Below are positions 24,442 through 37,774 of a stretch of 64,000 nucleotides of DNA, piece after piece. Within the stretch, counting starts at the first letter, position 1, and every line of letters begins with the position of its first letter. The notes beneath the pieces were generated by a model. That model saw only the letters and a list, made by a program, of their open reading frames with translations. It searched no databases and had not been told where the DNA came from. Position numbers and translations under genes: made by a program. The stretch comes from Squalus acanthias (taxonomy: Eukaryota), in the NCBI GenBank assembly GCA_030390025.1, contig CM059425.1:169820001-169884000 (forward strand), in the 5' to 3' direction.

Positions 24442-26254
24442 CTCCAAGACCCATAACTGATTTAACTACAGCCAAGACTAATAGCTGGTTGAGAAGCTCA
24501 AAGCTCAACCAAATAGAGACAAGTAGACATCAATGCATTTGTACACAAACCCAGTGACCCAACACTATGAAAATCAAAAGGCTCAAGAAGAATGCAAAAA
24601 ATGTTCAAGAACAGCAATGTCCAGAAACTTCAGAACAGCATAGGATTACATAGGATATAAGGCACAGAAACTGATCCATTTGGCCTAACCGGTCCATGCC
24701 GGCATTTATGCTCCACACAAGCCTCCTCCTGTCTTTCCTCATCTAAATCTATCAGCACAACCCTCTATTCCCTTTTCCCTTACATGCTTGTCTAGCCTCC
24801 CCTTAAATGTATTTATACTATTCACTTCAACCACTCCCTGTGGTAGCGAGTTACACATTCTCACCACTCTTTGGGTAAAGAAGTTTTTTCAGAATTCCCT
24901 ATTGGATTTCTTGGCGACTCTCTTATATTGATGGCCTCTAGTTATGCTCTTCCCACAAGTGGAAACATTCTCTCTATATCCACTCTATCAAAACCTTTCA
25001 TAATTTTAAAGACCTCTATTAGGTCACCCCTCAGCCTTCTTTTTTCAAGAGAAAAGAGACCCAGCCTGTTCATCCTTACCTGATATGTATCCCCTCGCAT
25101 TTCTGGTATCATCCTTGTAAATCTTCTCTGCACCCTCTCCAGTGCATCTATATCCTTTTTACAATATGGCGACCAGAGCTGTATGCAGTACTCTAAGTGT
25201 TGTCTAACCAAGGCTCGATACAGGTTTAGCATAACTTCCCTACTTTTCAATTTTATACCTCTAGAAATAAACCCTAGTGCTTGGTTTGCTTTTTTTATGG
25301 CCTTCCTAACCTGTGTCGCAATTTTAGTGATTTGTGTATTTGTACTCCGAGATCCCGTTGTTCCTCTACCCCATCTAGACTCGCACCCTCCAAGTAATAA
25401 GTGACCTCCCTATTCTTCCTACCAAAATGTAATACCTCACATTTATCTGTGTTGAACTTCATTTGCCAATTATATGCCCATTCTGCAAGTTTATTAATGT
25501 CCTCCTGTAATTTGTTGCAGTCCTCCTCAGTATTGACTATCCCCCCCAATTTAGTATCATCTGCAAATTTAGAAATTGTGTTTTTGATTCCAAATTCTAA
25601 ATTGTTAATGTAAATTGTGAACAGCAGTGGTCCCAGCACTGATCCTTGTGGAACACCACTACCCACCTTCTTCTACTGTGAATAGCTACCCTTTACTCCC
25701 ACTCTCTGCTTTCTGTCCTGAAGCCAGCCAGCAATCCATTCTGCTACTTGTCCCCTGACTCTGCATTCTCTGACCTTGTTCATCAGTCTATTATGGGGGT
25801 ACCTTATCGAAGGTATTTTGAAAATCCAGATAAATTGCATCTACTGCATTACCATTGTCTACTCTCTCTGTTACCTCTTCAAAAAATTCAATAAGGTTGG
25901 TCAAGCAAGACTTTCCCTTTTGAAATCCATGTTGACTATTCAATATTATATTTTTGGTTTCTAGATGTTCTTCTATTTTCTCCTTTAGCAGGGATTCCAT
26001 TATTTTTCCTATAACCGATGTTAAGCTGACTGGTCTATAATTCCCTGGACATGTTCTATCCTCCTTCTTAAATATCGGTATTACGTTAGCTATCCACCAG
26101 TCCTCTGGCACTACACCTTTTTCTAATGAATGATTAAATATGCGTAGTAATGCCTCTGCTATCTCTTCCCTAGATTCTTTTAAAATGCGTGGATGCAATC
26201 CATCCAGACCAGGGGTTTTATCCTCTTTGAGTTTGATTAGTTTATTTAATATAG

Positions 26255-28753
26255 TCCATGCTCGCATGCAACAAGACTTGGACGACGTTCAGGCTTGGGC
26301 TCAAAAGTGGCAAGTAACATTTGCGCCACAGAAGTGCCAGGCATTGACTATCTCCAACAAGCAAGAATCTAACCACCTCCCCTTGACATTCAACGGCATT
26401 ACCATCGCCGATCCCCTACCATCAACATCCTGGGGGTCACCATTGACCAGAAACTTTGGTGGACCAGCCACATAAATATTGTGGCAACAAGAGCAGGTCA
26501 GAGGCTAGGTATTCTGCGGTGAGTGTCTCACCTCCTGACTCCCCAAAGCCTTTCCACCATCTACAAGGCACAAGTAAGGAGTGTGATGGAATACTCTCCA
26601 CTTGCCTGGATGAGTGCAGCTGCAGCAACACTCAAGAAGCTCGACACCATCCAGGACAAAGCAGCCCATTTGATTGGCACTCCATCCACCACCTTAAACA
26701 TTCACTCCCTCCACCACTGGCGTACCGTGGCTGCAGTGTGTACCATCTACAAGATGCACTGCAGCAACTCGCCAAGGCTTCTTCGGCAGCACCTCCCAAA
26801 CCCGCGACCTCTTCCACCTATTTGGTAATAATTTTTCAAAACTCCCTGGATTCCGCTAAGTTCACGGCAGACTGGAAAACTGCTAATGTAACACCCTTAT
26901 TTAAAAAGGGCAGTAGACAGAAGGCTGGTAACTATAGACCGGTTAGCCTAACATCTGTGGTAGGTAAAATTTTGGAGTCCATTATTAAGGAAACAGTAAC
27001 AGGACATTTGGATAATCATAATTTAATAGGACAAAGTCAGCATGGTTTTACGAAGGGGAAGTCATGTTTGACAAATTTGCTGGAGTTCTTTGAGGAAGTA
27101 ACATATAGAGTGGATAAAGGGGAACCAGTGGACGTAGTGTATTTAGACTTCCAAAAGGCATTTGACAAGGTGCCACACAAAAGATTATTGCTTAAGGTAA
27201 AAAATCACGGGATTGGGGGTAATATTCTGGCATGGATAGAGGATTGGCTATCTAACAGAAAGCAAAGAGTTGGGATAAATGGTTCATTCTCAGACTGGCA
27301 ATCAGTAACTAGTGGTGTTCCACAGGGGTCAGTGCTGGGTCCCCAACTCTTTACAATCTATATTAACGATTTGGAGGAAGGGACCAAGTGTAACATATCA
27401 AAATTTGCAGATGGGAGGGAAAGTAGTGAGTGAGGAGGACATCAAAAACCTGCAAGGGGACATAGACAGGCTAAGTAAGTGGGCAGAGATTTGGCAGATG
27501 GAATACAACACTGGAAAGTGTGAGGTGATGCACTTTGGCAGGAAAAATCCTAGAGCAATTTATTATCTTAATGGCAAGAAACTGGAGAGTACTGAAGTGC
27601 AAAGGGATCTGGGGGTCCTGGTGCACGAAACTCAAAAGGTTAGTATGCAGGTGCAGCAAGTGATTAAGAAGGCAAATGGAATGTTGGCTTTCATTGCTAG
27701 GGGGATAGAATATAAAAATAGGGAGGTATTGCTTCAGTTGTACAAGGTATTGGTGAGACCGCGCCTGGAATACTGCATACAGTTTTGGTGTCCTTACTTA
27801 AGGAAAGACATCCTTGCTCTCGAGGCAGTGCAAAAAAGGTTCACTCGGTTAATCCCGGGGATGAGGGGGTGGTCATATGAGGAGAGGTTGGGTAGATTGG
27901 GACTCTACTCATTGGAGTTCAGAAGAATGAGAGGCGATCTTATTGAAACATATAAGATTGTGAAGGGGTTGGATCGGGTGGATGCGGGGAGGATGTTCCC
28001 GATGACGGGTGAGACTAGAACTAGGGGACATAGTCTTAGAATAAGGGGCTGCTCTTTCAAAACTGAGATGAGGAGGAACTACTTCACTCAGAGGGTGGTA
28101 GGTCCATGGAATATGCTGCCACAAAAAGCTGTAGAAGCTACATCATTAAATAAATTTAAAACAGAAATAGACAGTTTCCTAGAAGTAAAGGGCATTAAGG
28201 GTTACGGGGAGCGGGCAGGAATTTGGACATGAGTCTAGGTTCGGATCGGTCATGGCCCTGTGGGTAGTGGAGCGGGCCCAGGGACCGTGTAGCCTGATTC
28301 TGCTCCTATTTCGTGTGTGCAATTCTGTTAGATGCAGGAGATGGTTCTGTGATAGTAGATAGTAGATTGGCGGTTAGGATCAGATCAGCCATGATCTTAT
28401 TGAATGGCGGAGCAGGCTCAAGGGGCCGATTGGCCTACTCCTGCTCCTATTTCTTATGTTCTTATGTTCTTATAAGGACAAGGGCAGCAGGCGCATGGGA
28501 ATACCACCACCTCCAAGTTCCTCTCCAAGTCCCACACCATCCTGACTTAAAAGTATATCGGCGATCCTTCATCGTCGCTGGTTCAAAATCCTGGAACTCC
28601 CTACCTAACAGCACTGTGGGAGTACCTTCACCACACGGACTGCAGCAGTTCAAGAAGGCGGCTCACCACCTGCTTCTCAAGGGCAACTAGGAATGGGCAA
28701 TAAATGCTGACTTTGCCAACAACGCCCAGATCCCATAAGAGAATTAAAAAAAA
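26255..28753 (+). mobile_element. 3' fragment of a different non-LTR retrotransposon (RT C-terminus), split by a CR1
   Basis: [34 protein letters not shown]. Resumes at ~28473 and ends with AATAAA and an A-run. Confidence 0.8.
26818..28471 (+). mobile_element. 5'-truncated CR1 LINE (RT plus 3' UTR)
   Basis: RT motifs and (ttcttatg)n tail. Same subfamily as 14052-17340. Confidence 0.95.
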
Positions 28754-31700
28754 ATCCCTTTTTTAAATTTTAAATGCACTTATCTCATTACTAACCTTAT
28801 CATCCAATGTCATGTCCACCTGTTCTATCTCCCTGGTAAATACTGAAGCAAAATAATTATTTAATATTTCTGCCACCTCTCCATCGTTACCTGTGGTATT
28901 ATCCTGTCTATCCCAACCTTCCTTTTTTTATTGATGTGCCTATAAAATATTTTACTACTTAGTTTTATGTTCCTTGATAATTTAATTTCATAGTTCCTCT
29001 TTGCCTTCCTAATTGATTTTTTGACTTCTCTCCTAATCTTTTCGTATTCTCCCTTATCACACACTCCCCCTGCTGTCTATGTACTTAATGTATGTCTCTT
29101 TCCTTACCCTCAATTATTCCCTTATGGCTTTATTCATCCATGGAGTCTCATTATTGTTTAGTTTGTTCATTCCTTTTAGCGGAATATATTTTTCCTGCAC
29201 TCTGTTGAATACCGTTTTAAATGTTTCCCATTGCTGTTCTACATCGTCGTTTGCCAATATTGTTGTCCATTTTATTTTCCCAAGTTCTATTCTCAGCCGC
29301 TCAAAAATCAGCTTTTCTCCGATCTATTACCCTAGTTTTTGTCATACTTATGTCCATCTCAATTGTCATCTTAAAGCGCATTATATTATGGTCAATATTG
29401 CCTACATGTTCCCCTACTTTTACTTCTCTTATCTGCTCTGGTTCATTCCCCATTACTAGATCCAATAGTGAATCCTCCCTTGTTGGGCTTTTTACATATT
29501 GGGCTAGAAAGGAATCCTGTACACTTTGTAGGAACTCCATTCCCTTATCCCCTTTACCTACCTCTTCTGTCCAATTAATATTGGGGTAGTTGAAATCCCC
29601 CATGATTATTATTCTATGTTTTTTACTCATTTCCCTAATTCATCTGCATATTTTTTCCTCTACCTCCCTTCCACTATTAGGTGGTCTGCAGACTAAGCCT
29701 ATTAGTATGATTAATCCTTTATTATCTTTTATCTCTATCCATATGGATTCTATTTTTGTCTTGCTGATATCTGTGTCCCTTTTTTCTACTGCCATTATGT
29801 TATCCCTAATAACTACAGCTGCTCCATCTCCCCTTTTTCCCTCCCTATCTTTTCTAATATGTTATACCCTGCATTGTGAGACTGATGAGACTTCTTATAA
29901 TTGTGTCATTGAAAACTGCAAACTGACAATAAACAGTGATAAAATCATTTTTTTTGGCTATTGTGTTTATTGGTAACCCTGAGGTGATCATTCATTCAAG
30001 ACAGATATGAAAACCTCAGGGCTGGTAATGACCATAGTCCCTGAAGAAAATGATTTAGTGCAATAATATAACACTGCCACTGAGATGTATAACATGTTCT
30101 AAATCTGTTAAAGGTGTAACTGGCATCAAGAGTTTCCTTCGGGAGTAAAGGAACTCTGGTTTGTAAATAAAAAACGCTTATCTATGCATCCAAGATGGCA
30201 AGTGATGGCAAAAATGCAGCAAGTGTTTCAGCAGCAATAATCACAACAGAAGCTTGCGTTTGAAGACTGCTTGGACTAAACTGCTGTCCAATTTCAGCAC
30301 TGTTGGAAAGGTGGCTAAGAAACTGCAGCACACTGGCAACTAAAGTGCCTATACCAGAATCACTCACTGCCTGAACCAGGGATCTGCCTTGGAGAGTTAT
30401 ATGGCTGATCTCTAACATTCAAAGGATAGGTTATGAGGAATAAATAGTGAAAATTTGGGATATTCAGCTTTGAAAGGAGGTGATTAAGAAAGGACCTAAG
30501 AGACATATTTAAGACAGTTAACGGGATAGAAAAAGTAAATAACATTATTTCAATCTAAGTCGTGACAGTAATACAAAGTTATTGAGTTCATCTTAGCTCA
30601 TCCATCCAAAACAAACCTACAGTCTGTCCTTGATTCACAACATCCAATATAGACCTGCAGTTCCTCCTACATCACAACACCACCTGTTTCTTAAAAGGTT
30701 GCAAGGTTTATGCCTCCACTACTCTTCATGGGAGTCCATTCCAATAATTGATCACTCATTACGTGAGGAAGAACTTCCTGATATCAGTATTAAGTTTGCA
30801 TTTTGCCTGTTTAAATCAGTGCCCGCCTAGTTTAACTGGAGGTATATTTCTGGATTTACTTTTTCTATATAGCTGACTATCTAATATAATTCTATGAGGT
30901 CTCCTCTTAGTCAACTTCTCTCAGGCTGAAAAGCTCAAGCTTCCTCAGTCTTTCCCCATAAATCAATCTTCTGACTCTAGGAATCAACCTCATGCATTTT
31001 CTTGGATGTCTCCCTTGTGTCTTGGGGGCCAAAACTGCATACAATGCTTCAAGGTGCATTTGATCAGAGCATTATTTAGTTTCAGTAAGACATCCTCCAA
31101 CTAGGAATTAAACATTGCAGGGTATAACATATTTAGAAAAGATAGAGAGGGAAAAAGGGGAGCTGGAGTAGCTGTACTTATTAGGGATAACATAATGGCA
31201 GTAGAAAAAAGGGACGCAGATATCAGCAAGACAAAAATAGAATCCATATGGATAGAGATAAAAGATAATAAAGGATCAATCACACTAAAAGGCATAGTCT
31301 ACAGACCACCTAATAGTGGAAGGGAGGTGGAGGAAGAAATATACAGAGAAATTAGAGAAATTAGTAAAAAACATAGAATAATAATCATGGGGGATTTCAA
31401 CTACCCTGATTTTAATTGGACAGAAGAGGTAGGTAAAGGGGATAAGGGAATAGAGTTCCTACAATGTGTACAGGACTCCTTTCTAACCCAATATGTAAAA
31501 AGCCCAACAAGGGAGGATTCGCTATTGGATCTAGTTATGGGGAATGAGCCAGAGCAGATAAGAGAAGTAAAAGGTGGGGAACATATAGGCAATAGTGACC
31601 ATAATATAATACGCTTTAAGATGATAATAGAGAAGGACATAAGTATGACATAAACCAGGGTAATAGATTGGGGAAAAGCTGATTTTGAGGGGTTGAGAAT

Positions 31701-33543
31701 AGAACTTGGGAAGATAAAATGGGCAACAATATTGGCAAACAACAATGTAGAACGACAATGGGAAACATTTAAAACGGTGTTCAACAGAGTGCAGGAACAA
31801 TATATTCCGCTAAAAGGAAAGAACAAACTAAACACTAATGAGACTCCATGAATTAATAAAGACATGAGGGAACAATTGAGGGTAAGGAAATAGGCATATA
31901 TTAAGTACATAGACAGCAGAGGAGTGCATGATAAGAGAGAATAGGAAGGGATTAGGAGAGAATTCAAAAAAACAATTAGAGAGCCAAAGAGGAACTATGA
32001 AATTAAATTATCAAGGAACATAAAATAAAATCGTAAAATATTTTACAGGCACATCAATAAAAAAAGGAAGGTTGGGATGAGAATAGGGCCATTAAGAGAT
32101 AGACAGGACAATACCACAGGTAACATTAGGGAGATGGCAGAAATATTAAATAATTATTTCGCTTCGGTATTTACCAGGGAGATAGAACAGGTAGACATGA
32201 CATTGGATGATAAGGTTAGTAATGAGATAAGTGCATTTAAAATAAAAAAAGGGGATATATTAAATAAACTAATCAAACTCAAAGAGGATAAATCCTCTGG
32301 TCTGGATGGATTGCATCCACGCATTTTAAAAGAATCTAGGGAAGAGATAGCAGAGGCATTACTACACATATTTAATAATTCGTTAGAAAAAGGTGTAGTG
32401 CCAGAGGACTGGCGGACAGCTAACGTAATATTTATATTTAAGAAGGAGGATAGAACATGTCCAGGGAATTATAGACCTGTCAGCTTAACATCGGTGATAA
32501 GAAAAATAATGGAATCCTGACTAAAGGAGAGAATAGAAGAACATCTAGAAACAAAAAGTATAATAATGAATAGTCAGCATGGATTTCAAAAGGGAAAATC
32601 TTGCTTGACCAACCTTATTGAAATTTTTGAAGAGGTAACAGAGAGAGTAGACAATGGTATTGTAGTAGATGTAATTTATCTAGATTTTCAAAAGGCCTTC
32701 GATAAGGTATCCCACAATAGACTAATGAATAAGGTTAGAGAATGCAGAGTCAGGGGACAAGTAGCAGAATGGATTGGTAGCTGGCTACAAGACAGAAAGC
32801 AGAGAGTGGGAGTAAAGGGTAGCTATTTACAGTGGCAGGAGGTGGATAGTGGTGTTCCACAAGGATCAGTGCTGGGACCACTGCTGTTCACAATTAACAT
32901 TAACAATTTAGACCTTGGAATCAAAAACACAATTTCTAAATTTGTGGATGATACTAAATTGGGGGGGATAGTTAATACTGAGGAGGACTGCAACAAATTA
33001 CAGGAGGACATTAATAAACTTGCAGAATGGGCAAATAATTGGCAAATGAAGTTCAACACAGATAAATGTGAGGTATTACATTTTAGTAGGAAGAATAGGG
33101 AGGTCACTTATCATTAAGAGGGTGCGAGTCTAGATGGAGTAGAGGAACAAAGGGATCTCGGAGTACAAATACACAAATCACTAAAAGTTGCGACACATGT
33201 TATCAATGCCATAAAAAAAAGCAAACCAAGCACTAGGGTTTGTTTCTAGAGGGATAGAATTGAAAAGTAGGGAAGTTATGCTAAACCTGTATTGAACCTT
33301 GGTTAGACCACACTTAGAGTACTGCGTACAGTTCAGGTCGCCATATTATAAAAAGGATATAGAGGCACTGGAGAGGGTGCAGAAAAGATTTACAAGGATG
33401 ATACCAGAAATACGAGGGTATACATATCAGGAAAGGATGAATAGGCTGGGTCTCTTTTCTCTTGAAAAAAGAAGGCTGAGGGGTGACCTAATAGAGGTCT
33501 TTAAAATTATGAAAGGTTTTGATAGAGTGGATAGAGAGGGAAT

Positions 33544-35238
33544 GGGTGCGATTTTGCCAGCCCTGGGGAGGTGGGTTTGGAGGCGGGACTGCTGGGAAAA
33601 TGGCAGAATCTGGGGGTGGGTACCCATCCCACCCCAACCCGCCTCCGTTCCATCTTCCCAGGAGTTGGGTATCCGACCCGCGCCAGGTCCCGTCTCCTCG
33701 AGGCGGGAAGGGGATTACAGCCACTTAACTGCCTGTTAACAGGTAGTTAACAGGCAGTTAACAGGCAGTTAAGAGGCTTATCCCCATTTTTCCAACAGAA
33801 GTGCGGGCTTCCCGACGTCGGGAAACCCCGCCAGGGTCAGCGAGACGAGCAGTGGGTCTGCGGGGGTCGGAGGGGTCCAAAAGTGCGTTGTGGAGGTGAG
33901 TGATGGGTGCAAGTGTGGAGAGGTATGTATGTGAGGTAAGTGAAAAGTCTTAGAAAAAGTTTCCTTACCTTTGTTTCTTCTTACAGGCCTCAATCGTTGT
34001 GGATCGGAGACTCCCTCATCTCCACGGCAGAGATGATAGAATGGCTGCTGCATTCTCTGATGCAACAGCCATCTGATTTCTGCTCAGAAAATAGGTTTGG
34101 TGAGTCTTGAAGACAAGGGGCTCGATTTTGTCAATAGGGACGTGATGGAGGCGGGACTCCCACTTTTTGGGTTGTAGTCCCGCCTCCATTGATTTGTGGC
34201 CAACCCACGCTACTTTCCCTTGATTGACCTTGTTAAGCCCACCCAGCGGGCTCAGCAGTCCAATTAAGGGACACCTGGATACTGGTGACGTCAGCGATTG
34301 ACATTTCATCTGTCAAGAGCTTTTGACAGATGAAATATCAGCGTTTGACAGCTCTGTGAAGCTGTCAAACACTGACAATCTGTCTTCTAACTTGAGTCTT
34401 CTACTCAGACTCAGTTGGAGAGCTTTCCAGACCAGAAAGCAGAGGCTGCAGCTTTTGACAGCTCAGCGGCCATTCTGCTTTCTGTGCCGGTGAGCTGAGG
34501 GACTCCCGAGAACTGAAGGGAGGAAGCCTGGAGGAGAAAGTAAAGGTAAGTAAAACTTATTAAAACACTTTACACACACCAAACACACTTACCTCTGCAC
34601 CCATGCACCCATCACTCACCTGTACACCGGACATCTCGACCCCTCCAAGCCCTGCAGACCGACAGTCCACCTCGCTAAATTGGCGTGGTTTGGAGCCGTC
34701 GGGAAGCCCACACTTCAGGGCTAAAAATAGGGATTAGCCAAAAAACTGCCTGTTAACTACCTGTTAACAGGCAGTTAATTGGCACTAATCCCCTTCCCGC
34801 CTCGGGGAGGTGGCTCCCAGCACAGGCCGGGTACCTGCCTCCTGGGACATTGGCATGGAGGCAGGTTGGGGGCGGGATGGGTACGTGCCCCCCGAATCTG
34901 CAATTTTCACACCACTCCCGCCTCCAAACCCGCCTCCACGGGGCTTGGAAAATCGAGCCCAAGAACTCACCAAACAACAGAGAATGTCAGGGTTTGACAG
35001 CTTCTCAAAGCTGTCAAACTATGACAATTCATCTGTCAAAAATTTTTGACAGATGAAACTTCATACGTTCTCTGTCACCGGCTTTCCCTTAATTTGCCTG
35101 CTAAGCCCGCTGGGCGGACTTGACAAGGTCAATCAAGGGAAAATAGCGTGGGTTGGCCGGACGTCGATGGAGGCGGGACTAAAACCAGACATGCAGCAGT
35201 CCCGCCTCCAACGCGCCCCCATTGGCAAAATCACCCCC
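33544..35238 (-). mobile_element. Hairpin-cassette Harbinger element (copy B, outer)
   Basis: TIRs gggtgcgattttgcca / tggcaaaatcaccccc, AAT TSD. Confidence 0.92.
34118..34960 (+). mobile_element. Hairpin-cassette Harbinger element (copy C, nested in B)
   Basis: Perfect TIRs gggctcgatttt / aaaatcgagccc, AAG TSD. Confidence 0.94.
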
Positions 35239-35745
35239 AATGTTTCCACTTGTGGGGAAGAGCATAACTAGAGGCTATCAATATAAGATAGTCACCAAGA
35301 AATCCAATAGGGAATTCAGAAAAAACTTCTTTACCCAAAGAGTGATGAGAATGTGGAAATCGTTACCACAGGGAGTGGCTGAAGCGAATAGTATAGATGC
35401 ATTTAAGGGGAGGCTAGACAAGCATATGAAGTAGAAGGGAATAGAGGATTACGCTGATAGATTTAGATGAGGAAAGACGGGAAGAGGTTCGAGTGGAGCA
35501 TAAACGCTGGCATGGACTGGTTGGGCCAAATGGACTGTTTCTGTGACGTATATCCCATGTAATCCTATGTAATCCTATGTAATAGTCTACTATTATAGTA
35601 TAGAGGCGGGCAGTTAAAATCGCCCAGTGGATTTACCTGCCGATGTCCTGCTCTCTTCCCGCGGTTTTCGGTTCCAACTGGTAGCCTCCTGCACAGTATC
35701 AGTATTAAAATAGTTACTTTTTCTTCTTGAGACTGATCTTGGACT

Positions 35746-35870
35746 TCACCTGACGAAGGAGCAGCGCTCCGAAAGCTTGTAATTTCAAATAAAACTGTTG
35801 GACTATAACCTGGTGTTGTGCGACTTCTCACATTTGTCCACCCCAGTCCAACACCGGCATCTCCACATCA
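35746..35870 (+). ncRNA. Hammerhead ribozyme (35746-35782) in a solo Penelope terminal repeat
   Basis: Near-identical to 5707-5830. Confidence 0.78.
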
Positions 35871-37774
35871 TTTCTCAGGTACAGCCTTCAGAAGACTGCT
35901 CTGTTACTGGGACGGACTAGCAATACAGGACTGAGGTGAACTTCACTTCAAACAAAATAATGATCGAGAGGGAAGTGACTCATATTCTGGAATACCATCC
36001 TTTCTCAAAATTCATTTTGTTATTGGGTGTACGCTTGTCCAGAGTTGATGATACAGTATCGTTATTTTGGGACCCTCCTCTTATTTTCAATTGCTGGCTC
36101 TCATTTTTCAGGTGACAAACAGGCGGACAACAGTTGAAAATTGCCCCTTTATGTTCTGTATTATTTGTTATGGGAGAAGTTAGCGTGACAACAGATTGCA
36201 ATTCTCGGTACCTCCATTTGGATAGTTAATAGAAAAATCAAGCATTGAAATTTGGGGTGAAATTGGACTTTGGTGGTAGCGCATTTTGGCAAGTAAATCA
36301 GGTGGGATCTAAAATGGGGCAGCTGTTGGCTGTTTTGCATTGCCGCGAAGAGCAATTTCACCCCCGCCCCACCGCCCACCCCCCCCACCCCCCGTGGTTT
36401 CTTGACGAATTTAATTCCAAATGCTAGAGGTTTAGGAACATATTACCACGGTAGTACTAATTATAGGCATAAAAAAATGGTAAAGATTCTGCTAAGCATC
36501 AAGTACTTGCTATAAAATTTGAAGATCTACATTAATATAACAATAGCCTGATCTGTGAAAAGATCCAATGGAGCTCTGATGATCATTCTGTCTCATATTA
36601 TCCTTCTGACGCATGATGTCTAGATCACACTGTGTTCATGACCCGAAGTGTTGGTGTCCCTGTGGTCCAATCATATCAACAGACTGTACAACAGAGAGAC
36701 TGAGTTTCACAGTTATAAAGAGAGAAATCTAATTTAACTCTGATAGAGCACTTGTCGCTTTGACTCAGTGCAGAAAAGCATGGTACTTGATTCTTCATGA
36801 ACCTGTAAGAAAGGGCAAAGACTTGATGGATTAAAAAGGTCAGAATAAATTTACGGACATGGAGACCCCGATACTTTTGGAGCGGTAAAGCTAGTTTAGA
36901 AGCTTATGGCTCCATTATGTACTATTAAGCCCCTTTCAATGAGTACAAGCACTGAAGAAGGGGATTATCAGGATTATGTAGTGTCTGTCTGCCACGCAAA
37001 TATTTAAGTAACTTCTAATCACAGACCTGTAAAACTGCTGGCTATTGTGGAAATCCACCTGCTTAGAACAGATGATAAACATGTGCAGACTATTTAAAAA
37101 GTCATTATTAAATGCCTGGGGTTAATTTACATTACAGTGGAAAATGTATGATCTTTAATTTTAAAAGATATTTAATGCTAAAATACAATGCTCCATTTCT
37201 GAGATGATCACATATGGATTCACCACTGGGATTCTGAATCACCGAGAATGGAAAGCAACAAATTCCATTGCTAAACTAGACCAGCTGGCTGTAATCTTTA
37301 CAATTAATCTAACCAGGGTTTAAATAATCGGGCACATAATAGTAAGGTTGGGTAAGGTCCTTTGTTGTATAATAAGGTGCAATCCCCCTCATCAATTTAG
37401 AGCCTGGTAACTGACTAAGTTTATACTATGAAGCTCTCCAGACAGGAGGTGGGTAGAGCAGCTGCAGCCGATATAGCGCTGGCTTCAGGACTAGGAGATC
37501 CTGAGTTCAAATTCTGACAGGGTGCATTTCTGACTTTGTCATTTCTGACTTTGGCCGATTTTCATTGGAAATTAAAACTAGGAGATGTTTCACAGGCGGC
37601 TGATCCAATATCACCCATTTTACACTAAATATGATAAAATGAGTGCCACGGCTATAGGGAGAAAGCTCGGCGCATTCTGGGTTGTTTGGCAACAGGAAAG
37701 AGCACTGCATCAGAGACTAACTTCTTGGCCAATTTAGCCTGCCAGTGCTGGCTGAGGTGGTAGAGGCTGCCATT

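Larger units (their letters stand above)
24640..29874 (-). mobile_element. 5'-truncated CR1 LINE with nested LINEs
   Basis: EN (MGDFNYP) and RT motifs. Tail taggattacataggat at ~24640. Confidence 0.93.
31101..35583 (+). mobile_element. 5'-truncated CR1 LINE interrupted by nested MITEs
   Basis: EN and RT motifs with stops. (cctatgtaat)n tail. Inverted homolog of 24640-29874. Confidence 0.95.

Noticed and set aside
26456..27433. 325-aa novel RT fusion ORF
   Set aside because: Chance read-through across a LINE-into-LINE junction in an off frame.
36690..36820. Strong minus-strand acceptor (ctttgccctttcttacag) as a terminal exon
   Set aside because: Short unrecognised frames and no supported partner exon.
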